The notes: generated by a model from the sequence alone, not told the origin. A stretch of 60,452 nucleotides of DNA from Candidatus Woesearchaeota archaeon (GCA_018302105.1 JAGWAD010000038.1:1-60452); one strand, 5' to 3'; counted from the stretch's first letter, positions 50,368 through 60,452 are shown. A program made the numbers and translations.

Positions 50368-50540
50368 ATTATCTACATAAGTTATATATTTATATATCTT
50401 TCGTTAATATTAACTTTTAGATTTTCCATAAAAACCAAAAATATTTCCATATCTGCATAAGTTATACATTAGTATATCTTTCGCTAACATTATATTTAGT
50501 AGTTTTTCACATTTGAAATAAGTAATTATAAATAATCTAA

Positions 50541-51002
50541 TCAAAAATTTTTCACTAAATCTCTAAATTCTACAAATAAAATTTGGTTTATTAAATCAGA
50601 TAATGAATTATTAAATGAATCTTTGTCATTTCTTTTATAAGCACTTTCAATTCTAGAATAATTAGTATCATAAAAGAACCTGTAAATTACAAAAGATTTT
50701 CCAGAATGTAAATTTTCTTCTCCATGTCTGAATTTCTGGTAATTATTGTATAAATATTCCATGCTTTGATTAAAAACAAAATTATTTCTGGGATCCATTC
50801 CATATGGAATACTTCTAAATTTTTTTAAATTCTCCAAAATATAGAAATATAACATATTACTGCAATTATTTCTTATCCCAAAAATAGACTCAAAAAAATC
50901 ATTCGCATTATTAGAAGTAACTTTTTCTAGGAAATCCTCTAAATCTTCTGTAAACATAGATAATGAAAAAATAACAAACAATAAAAATCTTTTTAAACCC
51001 AA
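50541..51002 (-). CDS. hypothetical protein (start probably MFTEDLE)
   Basis: 153-aa ORF. Confidence 0.5.
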   Translation of the reverse strand: MGLKRFLLFVIFSLSMFTEDLEDFLEKVTSNNANDFFESIFGIRNNCSNMLYFYILENLKKFRSIPYGMDPRNNFVFNQSMEYLYNNYQKFRHGEENLHSGKSFVIYRFFYDTNYSRIESAYKRNDKDSFNNSLSDLINQILFVEFRDLVKNF

Positions 51003-51020
51003 TATCTACCTCAATTACTA

Positions 51021-51899
51021 ATGTTAAAAGACAAAATCAATTCATTTTATTCAAAGAATTATAAAATATTAATGTTTATACCAATAATTATTACAATAAT
51101 AGCTTTAATTATAGTAGGAATTCATTACAAGAACACAGGAGATTTTTTCCAAAAAGATGTAAGTTTAAAAGGTGGAATTACAGCCACATTATATACAAAT
51201 CAGGAGATATCAGAAGAACAAGTTAAAAATGCATTAAATACAGAAATTGTTTTAAGAAAAATATCAAATTTAGGTTCTAGCAAAAATTCAGGAATAATAA
51301 TAGAAGTTTCTGATTTAACATCAGCTGAATTAAAACAAAGACTGGAAAATAACTTAAATATAAAATTAACATCAGAAAATTTTAGCATTGAAGAAACAGG
51401 TCCAAGATTAGGAGAAGCTTTTTACAGGCAATTAATAACAGCAGTTATATTTGCATTTATTTTAATGGGAATAACAGTTTTTATAACATTCAGAACACTT
51501 GCTCCAAGCCTTGCAGTAATTTCAGCAGCATTCATGGATATAATAATTACATTAGCAGTAGTAAATCTATTTAATATTAGTTTATCAACAGCAGGAATAG
51601 TTGGAATACTATCAGTAATTGGTTATAGTGTAGACACAGACATCCTATTAACAACATGGGCAATAAGAAAAAAAGAAGGAATGTTATTTGATAGAATGTA
51701 TCATTCAATGAAAACAGGATTGACAATGACAATATGTGCTGCTGTTGTAATGCTTATAGGAATTTTATTTTCAAATTCAGAAGTAATAAAAGAAATGTTT
51801 ACAATTATTTTTATAGCATTGATAGTAGATATATTTTCAACATACTTCACAAATACAGGAATATTATGGATATATTGTAAAAGGAAAAATATAACATGA
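51021..51899 (+). CDS. secF: protein translocase subunit SecF
   Basis: LKGG, IGYSVDTDILLT, TGLTMT. Confidence 0.93.
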   Translation: MLKDKINSFYSKNYKILMFIPIIITIIALIIVGIHYKNTGDFFQKDVSLKGGITATLYTNQEISEEQVKNALNTEIVLRKISNLGSSKNSGIIIEVSDLTSAELKQRLENNLNIKLTSENFSIEETGPRLGEAFYRQLITAVIFAFILMGITVFITFRTLAPSLAVISAAFMDIIITLAVVNLFNISLSTAGIVGILSVIGYSVDTDILLTTWAIRKKEGMLFDRMYHSMKTGLTMTICAAVVMLIGILFSNSEVIKEMFTIIFIALIVDIFSTYFTNTGILWIYCKRKNIT

Positions 51900-53455
51900 G
51901 TAGATTAAAAAAGATAATCAGACAGCCAAGAGTAATTATTCTAATAATAGCTTTAGTTATAGCTTTTCTATCAATAAATTATCAGTTTTCAGATCAGGGA
52001 TTAATAATAAATTCAGTTGAGACAAATAGCTCTGCATTCAATGCAGGAATAAGATCTCCTACCCAGGATATTAGTTTAACAAACAGGGAAAAAATAATTT
52101 CTGTAAATAATCAGGAAATAAAAGAACTAAAAGAATATAATGAAATAATCAATTCTATTTCTATAGACTCAAATATAAGATTAAAAACAGATAAGACAAG
52201 CTACGTGATAACAAAAGATTCTTCAGATGTCGGCTTAACGATTTCTAAAGCCCCATCATCTAATTTAAGAAAAGGAATTGATTTGCAGGGTGGAACAAGA
52301 GTAATTCTAGAACCTGCTGAAGAAATATCAGAAGAACAAATCAAAGACATTATGGCAACTATGGAGAAACGTCTTAATGTTTATGGATTATCAGATTTAG
52401 TTATAAAATCAGCATCAGATTTAGAAGGAAATAAATTCATAATTGTAGAATTAGCAGGAGTTTCAAAAGAAGAGCTTAGAGAAACAATAACAAAGCAGGG
52501 AAGTTTTGAAGCAAGAATTGGAAATAAAACAGCATTTACAGGAAAAGAAGTTAAATTTGTATGCAGGGCGGGAGGAAGTACTTGTTTAAATCAGATAAAT
52601 CCTGTATGCCCAAAACAAGATGATCAGTCAGTTTGCAGATTTGAATTTGAAATTCATTTAAATGAAGACGCAGCAGAAAGACATAAAAAAATAACAGATG
52701 AACTAAAGATAATAGTAAGTCCAGATGGCCAGAGGATGTTGGATCAAAAGATAGATTTCTATTTAGATGGCCAGTTAGTAGACAGTCTTAATATAGATGC
52801 TGATCTTAAGGGCATTTCTGCCTCAAGAATAACAATAACTGGTTCTGGTTCTGGCTCAAACCAGCAGGAAGCAGTAAAAGATGCATTAAAAAACAAAGAA
52901 GAATTACAGACTTTTTTAATTACAGGTTCACTGCCAACTAAATTAAATATAGTTAAAATAGACACATTATCTCCTTCATTAGGTGAAGTATTTGTAAAAA
53001 ATGCATTATTAATTGGATTAATTTCAATTTTTGCAGTAGCTTCTATTATAATAATTAGATATAAAAAATTAAAAATTTCTATTCCAATAATAATCACAAT
53101 GATAAGTGAAGTCCTATTAACTCTAGGTATTGCTTCAATATTTAAATATAATTTGGATTTAGCTGCTATAGCAGGAATAATTGCTGCAGTTGGTACAGGA
53201 GTTAATGATCAGATTGTTATTATAGATGAAGTTTTATTTGGAAATAAATCAGCAGCAAAACAAAGTATAAAAAATGCATTCTTCGTAATTTTGGCTGCCT
53301 TTGCTACAATTGTTGCAGCTATGCTTCCGTTACTTAGAGCAGGTGCAGGCTTATTAACAGGTTTCGCTATTACTACTATTATCGGTGTTACTGTTGGAGT
53401 ATTAATAACAAGACCCTTCTTTGGTGTAGTAATAAGAATTTTATTTGAAGACTAA
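51896..53455 (+). CDS. secD: protein translocase subunit SecD (PDZ-like N-terminal region)
   Basis: GIDLQGGTRV, RLNVYGLSD, GSLP, SPSLG, GTGVNDQIVI, GFAITTIIG, TRP. Confidence 0.94.
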   Translation: MSRLKKIIRQPRVIILIIALVIAFLSINYQFSDQGLIINSVETNSSAFNAGIRSPTQDISLTNREKIISVNNQEIKELKEYNEIINSISIDSNIRLKTDKTSYVITKDSSDVGLTISKAPSSNLRKGIDLQGGTRVILEPAEEISEEQIKDIMATMEKRLNVYGLSDLVIKSASDLEGNKFIIVELAGVSKEELRETITKQGSFEARIGNKTAFTGKEVKFVCRAGGSTCLNQINPVCPKQDDQSVCRFEFEIHLNEDAAERHKKITDELKIIVSPDGQRMLDQKIDFYLDGQLVDSLNIDADLKGISASRITITGSGSGSNQQEAVKDALKNKEELQTFLITGSLPTKLNIVKIDTLSPSLGEVFVKNALLIGLISIFAVASIIIIRYKKLKISIPIIITMISEVLLTLGIASIFKYNLDLAAIAGIIAAVGTGVNDQIVIIDEVLFGNKSAAKQSIKNAFFVILAAFATIVAAMLPLLRAGAGLLTGFAITTIIGVTVGVLITRPFFGVVIRILFED

Positions 53456-53540
53456 TTTAAAAAATAGATCATTAAAACAAATAAAAGAAATTCCAAAAAT
53501 AATTAAATCTCTAAATAAATTATAAAAAGAGGTAACAAAT

Positions 53541-53693
53541 ATGGGAATAGAAACAGTAATTCTGGGTGTTGTTGTAGCTTTAATTTTAGCAATATTGTAT
53601 AGTTTAAGAAGAATTTATGTATTAGAATACAAAATAGTGGCTTTGGATATAAAAATAGAAAAATTATTAGAGCATATAAAAAAGAAAAAGTGA
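53541..53693 (+). CDS. small 50-aa single-TM protein
   Basis: GAGGT RBS; MGIETVILGVVVALILAILYSLRRIYVLEYKI...KKKK*; not in track. Confidence 0.65.
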   Translation: MGIETVILGVVVALILAILYSLRRIYVLEYKIVALDIKIEKLLEHIKKKK

Positions 53694-53774
53694 ATTTAAT
53701 CATTCCAATAGAGAAAACTATATAAATAGTTCTGTAACCCAAATCTTAACCAATGATATAACTTGGAGGTTAAA

Positions 53775-54131
53775 ATGGACATAAACACCGAAATTCCTAA
53801 AGAAATTCAAGAAAAGGCTTTGGAGGCTTTAGAAATAGCCAAAAAAACTGGAAAATTAAAAAGAGGAACAAATGAAGTTGTTAAAGCAATAGAAAGAGGC
53901 ACTGCAAAACTGGTTTTAGTTGCTAAAGATGTTAATCCTAAGGAAATAATTATGCATTTCCCTTCTTTATGCCAGGAAAAAGACATCCCATTAATTATTG
54001 TACCTACAAGAGAAGAATTAGGCAATGCAGCAGGTTTAAATGTTCCAACAGCAGCAGTAGCTATAATACAAGAAGGAGAAGCTAAACAGATTATTAAAGA
54101 GCTTAATTCTAAAATAAAAGCAACAGCTTAA
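53775..54131 (+). CDS. rpl7ae: 50S ribosomal protein L7Ae
   Basis: GGAGG RBS then ATG 53775; [29 protein letters not shown]. Confidence 0.97.
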   Translation: MDINTEIPKEIQEKALEALEIAKKTGKLKRGTNEVVKAIERGTAKLVLVAKDVNPKEIIMHFPSLCQEKDIPLIIVPTREELGNAAGLNVPTAAVAIIQEGEAKQIIKELNSKIKATA

Positions 54132-54132
54132 A

Positions 54133-54432
54133 ATGGCAGATAAAAAAGAACAACATCAGGAAGACCAGAAAAAACAAGAAGTAGAACAAAAACCTACAAA
54201 AAAAGAAGGTAAACAACTTTTCACAAATGCAGTTCCGGCAGTAGTTGAAGAAATTGTTGGAAGAACTGGAACAAGAGGAGAAGCAATCCAGGTTAGATGT
54301 AAAATTTTAGAAGGTCCGGATTCAAAACGTATTTTAAGAAGAAATGTTAAAGGACCAATAAGAATTGGCGATGTTTTAATGTTAAGAGAAACTGAAATAG
54401 AAGCTAGAAAATTAACACAAGGCAGGAAATAA
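54133..54432 (+). CDS. rps28e: 30S ribosomal protein S28e
   Basis: [36 protein letters not shown]. Confidence 0.96.
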   Translation: MADKKEQHQEDQKKQEVEQKPTKKEGKQLFTNAVPAVVEEIVGRTGTRGEAIQVRCKILEGPDSKRILRRNVKGPIRIGDVLMLRETEIEARKLTQGRK

Positions 54433-54618
54433 ATGGCAAAATGCAGTTTTTGTGGAATAAATATTGAACGTGGAACTGGAAAAACATTAGCTAAAAATGA
54501 TGCTTCAATGCTTTATTTTTGTTCAAATAAATGTTCAAAAAATTTATTGAAATTAAAAAGAAATCCTAGAAAAATAAAATGGACAGAAGCTCATAGAAAA
54601 CTAAAAGGAAAAGCTTAA
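54433..54618 (+). CDS. rpl24e: 50S ribosomal protein L24e
   Basis: CSFCG..I..GTG, FCSNKC, RNPRKIKWT. Confidence 0.96.
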   Translation: MAKCSFCGINIERGTGKTLAKNDASMLYFCSNKCSKNLLKLKRNPRKIKWTEAHRKLKGKA

Positions 54619-54862
54619 TTTTATAATGAATATATATCATTTCAACTGTTCTTACAATTTTAATTGGATTATTTGCTATATTCTATCCATTATTTTTTAT
54701 TATCAATAATTGAAATATCCTTAAGAAATCCTTTTAGCATTAAAAAATGATATTGATACTTTGGTTAATTTAGGGTTTGTAAAAGAAAGTATTTTGTTAT
54801 CAAAAAATTATAATTCTACACAATAATTAAATTTATATACTATTCAATTTTTCAATAAAAAT

Positions 54863-55375
54863 ATGGAAAGAACCTTGGTTTTATTAAAGCCTGATGCTGT
54901 TAAAAGAGGATTAACAGGAAATATTATTTCTAGATTTGAAAACGTCGGTTTAAAGATTATAGGTATGAAAATGGTTTGGGCAGACGAGGAATTTGCAAGA
55001 AAACATTATAGAGAAGAATTAGATGAAAGATATAAAGAAGTAGAAAAAAAATTTGGCAGAAATGTAAGAAATGAATTAGTCAAATATTTAAAAGAAGGAC
55101 CAATAGTTGCTTTTGTTTTAGAAGGCATTGATGCAATAAAAGTAACAAGAAAAATTATTGGCTCTACTTACCCTAACGAATCTGCTGTTGGCACTATTAG
55201 GGGAGATTTTGCACATATTTCTAAAGACTTTGCAAATACTAAAAATATAATGGTAAAAAACCTTATCCATGCTTCTGAAGACAAAGCAAATGCAGACATT
55301 GAGATTCCACTTTGGTTTGCAAACAAGGAATTACATTCATATAAGACTGTTCATGATATTATATGTTTCGAATAA
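54863..55375 (+). CDS. ndk: nucleoside diphosphate kinase
   Basis: ERTLVLLKPDAV.RG, GTIRGDF, NLIHAS. Confidence 0.96.
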   Translation: MERTLVLLKPDAVKRGLTGNIISRFENVGLKIIGMKMVWADEEFARKHYREELDERYKEVEKKFGRNVRNELVKYLKEGPIVAFVLEGIDAIKVTRKIIGSTYPNESAVGTIRGDFAHISKDFANTKNIMVKNLIHASEDKANADIEIPLWFANKELHSYKTVHDIICFE

Positions 55376-55377
55376 TA

Positions 55378-55749
55378 TTAAATAATTATTCCATCCCAAG
55401 CAGTAATGTAAACATACATTTCTAAATTATCTTTATTTAAATAATTCAATTTCAAAGTAATGTCTGTTTCTTCTTCAATTTTTACTTCTCTTTCAGCATT
55501 ATCACTTAATTCAATATCATTATATAACTGAACATAATTCAAAATTACTTCTTCCATGCCAGTATTAACATAAATAAAAAATGAATTATCTTGTGAATAA
55601 TCAAAAATTAAAACAATATTATTATATACATTTTTCCAATTTTCATCACATTTAAATTTTATAGGCAATTCTCTAACTAAATTTTCTAGTTCCTTAAGTT
55701 CATCAGCACTTTTTACAATATATGTTACATCTTTATTCTCTAGATCCAT
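55378..55749 (-). CDS. hypothetical protein
   Basis: 123-aa ORF. Confidence 0.55.
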   Translation of the reverse strand: MDLENKDVTYIVKSADELKELENLVRELPIKFKCDENWKNVYNNIVLIFDYSQDNSFFIYVNTGMEEVILNYVQLYNDIELSDNAEREVKIEEETDITLKLNYLNKDNLEMYVYITAWDGIII

Positions 55750-55795
55750 AAAAATATGAAAATAAGAAAATTTTTAAAGGTTACTAGTTGGATAT

Positions 55796-55912
55796 TTAAT
55801 TTTCTAAGCACCCATAATAACCCATCTCAAACCCCCATTCCCCAGAACCAATCTGGTCTTCATCAAGTTCCCCATCTAACTCCAAAGTCATTTCTTCAAA
55901 CTCATTTTCCAT
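55796..55912 (-). CDS. small acidic protein, possible frameshift
   Basis: GGGGG RBS; MENEFEEMTLELDGELDEDQIGS / WEWGFEMGYYGCLEN*. Confidence 0.35.
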   Translation of the reverse strand: MENEFEEMTLELDGELDEDQIGSGEWGFEMGYYGCLEN

Positions 55913-56077
55913 AGTTATCAACCCCCATAATAAAACAAAGTTAAGTTTTTATTTATAAATATCCCATATAAAAAATATAAACCTAATACTACAATGAAAC
56001 GCAATTATACATATTGAAAAGATTATTTTATAACATATACCAAAAACCTTTTAAGAGTAAAAAAATCACAATAAATT

Positions 56078-57784
56078 ATGCTAAGACAAGTAATAGTAAC
56101 AATATTAGGAAATGTAGATAGTGGTAAGTCTTCAGTTATTGATGTAATTAAAAAAACCTCAATAGTGAAATCAGAGCCAGGTAAAATTACACAATCAATA
56201 AAAGCATATTCAGTATCATTAGAGTCTATCAAAACTCTTTGTCAAGATGCATTAGACATTACGAAAATCAAAGTACCAGGATTACTATTAATAGATACTC
56301 CAGGACATGAAGCTTTTTCAAATTTAAGAAAAAGAGGCGGTTCATTAGCAGACATAGCAATTTTAGTAATAGATATAAATGAAGGACTTAAACCACAAAC
56401 AATAGAGTCTATAGAAATATTAAAACAAAATAAAACCCCATTCGTAGTTGCATTAAATAAAATTGATTTAATTGGTGGATGGCAGTCAAATCCGGATTTA
56501 CCATTAATAAAAAATATAGATTCACAAAACAAATCCACAAAAACATTATTAGACTCTCGTTTATATACAATAGTAGGGAATTTATTTAATCATGGTTTTA
56601 ATGCAGAAAGATTTGACAAGATTTCAGATTTCACAAAAAATTTAGTTTTAATCCCAATATCAGCAAAAACATCAGAAGGATTACCAGAACTATTAATGAT
56701 GATAACAGGATTAGCACAAAAATTCTTAGAACTAAAACTAGAACACAATATAGATGCTCCTGGAGAAGGCACAATTTTAGAAATAAGTGAAGAAAAAGGA
56801 ATTGGAACATGTTTAGACACAATTATTTACAAAGGAAAATTAAAAACAAATGATACTATTGTTGTAGGAACATTATCAGAACCAATAGTTACAAAAGTAA
56901 AAGCAATTTACATACCAGAAAAAAATAAATTAGTAACTATAAAAGAAGCCTATGCATCTATTGGAATAAAAATATCAGCACAAAATATTAAGGAAGCAAT
57001 ATCAGGAATGCCTGTAAAAGTAGCAAATAGAGATTTAGAAAAAATAAAAATATCAGTTAAAGAAGAAATTGAAGAAATAACATTTGAACTAGACCATGAA
57101 GGCTTAGTTATAAAAGCAGATTCAGTTGGAAGCCTGGAAGCTTTAATCAAATTATTAAAAAATAAAAAAATAAAAATAAAAAGAGCTTCTATTGGTACAA
57201 TAACAAAAAAAGATATTGCAGAAGCAGAGTCAAATAATAATGAATTACAAAAAGTTATTCTTGGATTCAACACAGAACCAATTGTTTCAGACAATATAAA
57301 AATAATTATAGATCCGGTAATTTATTCCTTAATAGAAAAATATGAATCCTGGTTTAAAGAAACAAAAGAAAATTTAGAAGGAAAACAACTTAAAAATTTA
57401 ATCAGACCATGTAAAATTAGAATTCTCCCGGGCTACATATTTAGACAATCTAATCCCGCTGTTGTAGGAGTCGATATTCTGGCTGGCACATTAAAATCAG
57501 GAACACCATTAATGAAAGAAGTAAAGATAACTGAAGCAAAAAGCTTGCAGGAAAATGGAAAAAATATAAATGAAGCAGAAGCTGGAAAGTCTATTGCTTT
57601 AGCAATGCCAAATGTTACAATGAATAGGCAAGTAAAAGAAGGAGACATATTATATTCAGATGTTCCAGAACCACATTTTAAAATTTATAAAAAATTAAAA
57701 GATACATTAAAGCCAGAAGAAATACAAGTTCTAAAAGAAATAGCTGAAATAAAAAGAAAAACAAATCCTGCTTGGGGCATGTGA
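56078..57784 (+). CDS. infB: translation initiation factor aIF5B (IF-2)
   Basis: GNVDSGKS, EPGKITQ, DTPGHEAFSNLRKRGG, NKID, GSLEAL, FRQSNPAVVGV. Confidence 0.96.
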   Translation: MLRQVIVTILGNVDSGKSSVIDVIKKTSIVKSEPGKITQSIKAYSVSLESIKTLCQDALDITKIKVPGLLLIDTPGHEAFSNLRKRGGSLADIAILVIDINEGLKPQTIESIEILKQNKTPFVVALNKIDLIGGWQSNPDLPLIKNIDSQNKSTKTLLDSRLYTIVGNLFNHGFNAERFDKISDFTKNLVLIPISAKTSEGLPELLMMITGLAQKFLELKLEHNIDAPGEGTILEISEEKGIGTCLDTIIYKGKLKTNDTIVVGTLSEPIVTKVKAIYIPEKNKLVTIKEAYASIGIKISAQNIKEAISGMPVKVANRDLEKIKISVKEEIEEITFELDHEGLVIKADSVGSLEALIKLLKNKKIKIKRASIGTITKKDIAEAESNNNELQKVILGFNTEPIVSDNIKIIIDPVIYSLIEKYESWFKETKENLEGKQLKNLIRPCKIRILPGYIFRQSNPAVVGVDILAGTLKSGTPLMKEVKITEAKSLQENGKNINEAEAGKSIALAMPNVTMNRQVKEGDILYSDVPEPHFKIYKKLKDTLKPEEIQVLKEIAEIKRKTNPAWGM

Positions 57785-57785
57785 T

Positions 57786-58409
57786 TTAATTAGCATTATT
57801 TAATAATAAGTAACCATTAGGTTTTAATAACTTCCTTTCATAATCTAAGCATTGACGATAATTTGTCATATAATGAGTAGCACCAAAGTTATCAATTACA
57901 ATATCAGCAATGTTATGGATGTCTAAATGAGATTTTATTGCAGTCACCAGATCTTCATTAATTAACCTGACTTTATTTTGGTCACGAATTATTTTACAGC
58001 GTTCAAAAAGTTTTAATAAATTTTTATTTACCCTATCTGAAAATTTTAAATTTAATGCATATCCAAGCATGTTCCCCATTAGTTCATAATCAACAGGATC
58101 AATAATAATAGGAAGATGTTTGATTTTATAATTATCAACGAGATTTGGAATAAATTCACCAAGCCCAGCTCCAACTTCAGCATATTGAAAAAAAGGATTA
58201 ATCATTAATTCTCTTATATTATTTTCATATTCTGAAACATTCCTTGCTGTTACACATGAATATATACCCCTTGCAGTATAAACAAATGAATATTCATCAA
58301 AATTAGGTGCACTCTGTGATAAACCAATATTAAGACAATATTTCGTTTTTCTATCCAAAATTTTAACAAATCTTCTGCTATCATAAGTCCATTTAACTCT
58401 GTAGTCCAT
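57786..58409 (-). CDS. class I SAM-dependent methyltransferase-like protein
   Basis: YAEVGAGLGEF motif I, LLKPNGYLLL. Confidence 0.65.
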   Translation of the reverse strand: MDYRVKWTYDSRRFVKILDRKTKYCLNIGLSQSAPNFDEYSFVYTARGIYSCVTARNVSEYENNIRELMINPFFQYAEVGAGLGEFIPNLVDNYKIKHLPIIIDPVDYELMGNMLGYALNLKFSDRVNKNLLKLFERCKIIRDQNKVRLINEDLVTAIKSHLDIHNIADIVIDNFGATHYMTNYRQCLDYERKLLKPNGYLLLNNAN

Positions 58410-58497
58410 AAAAAAATGAAATTAGAGATAAATAAAAGAATAACTAAATTTTAGAGTCTCAGTAATCTTTATAAATAGTCTGGATTTTCAAATTACA

Positions 58498-58893
58498 ATG
58501 GTAGAAACTAAATTTGTAATAAATGATACAAAAACAGGAAAAAGTTATCAAAAAGTTTTAGAAGACAATCCTTTTGTAAATAATAAAGTAGGAGATAAAG
58601 TCTCGGGACATTTAGTAGGTTTAGATGATTATGAATTAGAAATTAGAGGCGGATCAGATAAATCTGGATGCCCAATAAGATATGACATGCCTGGAATAGG
58701 GAAAAAAAGAGCATTATTAACTTCTGGACCATGTATAAAAATAGTTATAAAAGGAAATAGAATAAGAAAAACAGTAGTAAGCAACACAATTACTCAGGAC
58801 ATAGTTCAAATAAATTTAAAAGTAATAAAACAAGGTTCTAAATCTTTAGAAGAAATGTTCCCTAAAGAAGAAGAAGCTAAAGCTGCTGTATAA
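58498..58893 (+). CDS. rps6e: 30S ribosomal protein S6e
   Basis: TGKSYQ, YELEIRGGSDKSGCP, RKTV, QINLKV. Confidence 0.95.
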   Translation: MVETKFVINDTKTGKSYQKVLEDNPFVNNKVGDKVSGHLVGLDDYELEIRGGSDKSGCPIRYDMPGIGKKRALLTSGPCIKIVIKGNRIRKTVVSNTITQDIVQINLKVIKQGSKSLEEMFPKEEEAKAAV

Positions 58894-58915
58894 ATTTTTA
58901 GATTGTAAAAAATGT

Positions 58916-59413
58916 ATGGACAATATAATAAAATTTCCAACAGACTACAAGGGATCTGAGATAATTAATTCTAGAAAGAATATTGAAGAAATAACAAAAT
59001 TATCAGACCATCAAACCTTAGTGTACCAAGCAAAGGAAGAAGGGATTAATTATAGAGACTTAAGAGCCAAATTAAGATTGCACAACATTTCTTTAGAACA
59101 GGCAATTGAAAATTGTAAATTGGGAATATCAACAAGTGAATATTTAAGACAAAGAGAAGAAAAAAGAAAATATGAAGAACTAACTCTTAGGAAAACACAA
59201 AGAATGTTAAAAACCTATTTCGCTACAGCAATAACTGCATCATTTTTAATATTGGGATTTTCTATATATCAAGAATTAACAGAACTTATAGAAAAAGAAA
59301 CTAATTGCTATGAATTTACAACAAAACCAATAACAATAACTGATCCAGAAATGAAAGAAAAACTTGAAGAATATAAAACAAATTGTTATCCAAAAATTAT
59401 TCCAGGAACTTAA
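58916..59413 (+). CDS. hypothetical membrane protein
   Basis: 165-aa ORF with one TM. Confidence 0.6.
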   Translation: MDNIIKFPTDYKGSEIINSRKNIEEITKLSDHQTLVYQAKEEGINYRDLRAKLRLHNISLEQAIENCKLGISTSEYLRQREEKRKYEELTLRKTQRMLKTYFATAITASFLILGFSIYQELTELIEKETNCYEFTTKPITITDPEMKEKLEEYKTNCYPKIIPGT

Positions 59414-59437
59414 TCCTCAGTTTAATAAAAAAAATTC

Positions 59438-60205
59438 TCAATAATGGCTAACCATTACTATTGCTCTATTAACTTCATCTTGGCTCAGTTTTTTGCTAAA
59501 TAATCCTTTAACTTTAGTCGTCAATCTGCTATCTCTGTATCTCTCACCAATCAAAGCAGCAGCTAATTTTTTATACTCAATTACAGTATTATTCTCTTTC
59601 AGCGCTGCCAAAGGTTTTGTTTTAGCTAAAGCTTCTAATAAACCCTCATCATCATGCAATACACTCACCACAGGAACTTTAGTAGTATTTTGTATTTCAT
59701 CCAATAAATATGTTTTCTTTTGTTTTGCAACTTTAACAGCATGCAATGTACTTGCCAAAGTTACATAATCAGGAGTTGTTAGTACAAATAATTCATCAGA
59801 AGCACCAACAGTTGCTAACATTTCTTCACTAAAACTAGGACTTGAATCAATTAATATTACATCATAAAAACTTCTTAGACCTGCTAAATGCTTTCCGAAT
59901 TTCGTGTAGTCAACTTTTTTAGATATTAAAGATGAAGGCAATAAATGCATACCACTTGAATGCTCATAAATTGCTTTTCTAATATTCACTTTTCCATCTA
60001 AAACATCATGCAAAGTATATTGTGGCTTAACAAATCCAAAATGTAATGCTAAATTAGGAGCAGAAAAATTTCCATCAACAACTAACACTTTCTTTTTAAA
60101 ATTATTAGCTAAAATAAAACCTAAATTTGCAACACTCGTAGTTTTACCTACACCGCCTTTAACAGAAATAAATCCAATTATCCTAGCATGTTTCATTTGA
60201 ACCAT
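59438..60205 (-). CDS. MinD/ParA family ATPase
   Basis: KGGVGKTT deviant Walker A, VDGN..APNL, IDSSP. Confidence 0.9.
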   Translation of the reverse strand: MVQMKHARIIGFISVKGGVGKTTSVANLGFILANNFKKKVLVVDGNFSAPNLALHFGFVKPQYTLHDVLDGKVNIRKAIYEHSSGMHLLPSSLISKKVDYTKFGKHLAGLRSFYDVILIDSSPSFSEEMLATVGASDELFVLTTPDYVTLASTLHAVKVAKQKKTYLLDEIQNTTKVPVVSVLHDDEGLLEALAKTKPLAALKENNTVIEYKKLAAALIGERYRDSRLTTKVKGLFSKKLSQDEVNRAIVMVSHY

Positions 60206-60234
60206 TTTTTAATTTAATAAAAAAATAAAAAAGA

Positions 60235-60450
60235 CTATTTCTTTTTTCTTCCAACCAAGTACCATACAACTGCACCAATTACAATTAGCACCAATATAAT
60301 TACCAGTACAGGCATTAAGCTTGTTTTCTCAACATTCTTATCAGTAGTTGGTGTATTTGTATTGTCGCTAGTTGATGTACCATCGTCTGTTGTCGCATCA
60401 GTAGTAGTTTGACTGGCTTGTTTGTCTACACCAATTGCAAATGTACTAAA
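60235..60450 (-). CDS. 3' end of a PGF-pre-PGF-type cell-surface protein (runs off right edge)
   Basis: FSTFAIG, Thr/Asp-rich linker, TM helix and RKKK tail. Confidence 0.7.
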   Translation of the reverse strand, partial: FSTFAIGVDKQASQTTTDATTDDGTSTSDNTNTPTTDKNVEKTSLMPVLVIILVLIVIGAVVWYLVGRKKK

Positions 60451-60452
60451 TC

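Larger units (their letters stand above)
49090..50445 (+). repeat. 24-bp direct repeats flanking the AbiE module
   Basis: TTTTCCATAAAAACCAAAAATATT at 49090-49113 and 50422-50445. Confidence 0.85.

Noticed and set aside
53503..53742. Track ORF on the minus strand
   Set aside because: The plus-strand 50-aa ORF 53541..53693 with RBS fits better and is co-oriented with flanking genes.
25764..55912. Alternative genetic code or stop readthrough explaining broken genes
   Set aside because: The breaks are frame changes, not in-frame stops, and all conserved genes translate normally with code 11.
39613..57784. Inteins in RNR, XPD or aIF5B
   Set aside because: Protein lengths are normal and no C...HN splice or LAGLIDADG motifs were seen.
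1688..59768. Many short antisense or alternate-frame ORFs in the track (e.g. 3899..4156, 8980..9216, 19405..19782, 34084..34422, 47366..47677, 52759..53097, 56242..57648, 59493..59768)
   Set aside because: They are shadows of well-supported genes, with Phe/Ser/Ile-biased composition and no independent signals.
1..60452. CRISPR array or cas genes
   Set aside because: No run of three or more regularly spaced repeats and no Cas-like ORF; the 22-bp pair at 23408 is coding and has two copies only.

Overview
This is a very AT-rich, gene-dense archaeal chromosome segment, most consistent with DPANN (Woesearchaeota-like). Evidence: archaeal-type ribosomal proteins (uL16/L10e, L35Ae, L7Ae, S28e, L24e, S6e), aIF5B, archaeal DnaG, Elp3, XPD, SecDF, GatABC, class II RNR, PEP synthase, BRE/TATA promoters, an archaeal SRP RNA and two intron-containing tRNAs. 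The tRNAs are Gly-GCC with a T-loop intron and Val-TAC with D-arm and canonical introns. Accessory content of most interest: (1) a 3.8-kb IS903-like element with terminal inverted repeats, carrying a SWIM-DDE transposase, a Zn-ribbon protein, an HTH-containing C5 methylase and a BglI-like endonuclease, nested in an integron-cassette-like unit with attC-like ends; (2) a perfect 94-bp non-coding repeat present twice, 19.2 kb apart, each copy apparently interrupting a gene; (3) a secreted protein that looks like an outer-membrane beta-barrel; (4) a promoter-driven structured RNA upstream of dnaG, and an IS200/IS605-type right end where the dnaG 3' end appears cut short; (5) an AbiE toxin-antitoxin pair bounded by 24-bp direct repeats; (6) an ArmA/Rmt-like rRNA methylase. 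Several single-base frameshifts (gatC, peptidase E and others) suggest sequencing or assembly errors, or recent pseudogenisation. All assignments are from motif recognition by eye; no searches were run.
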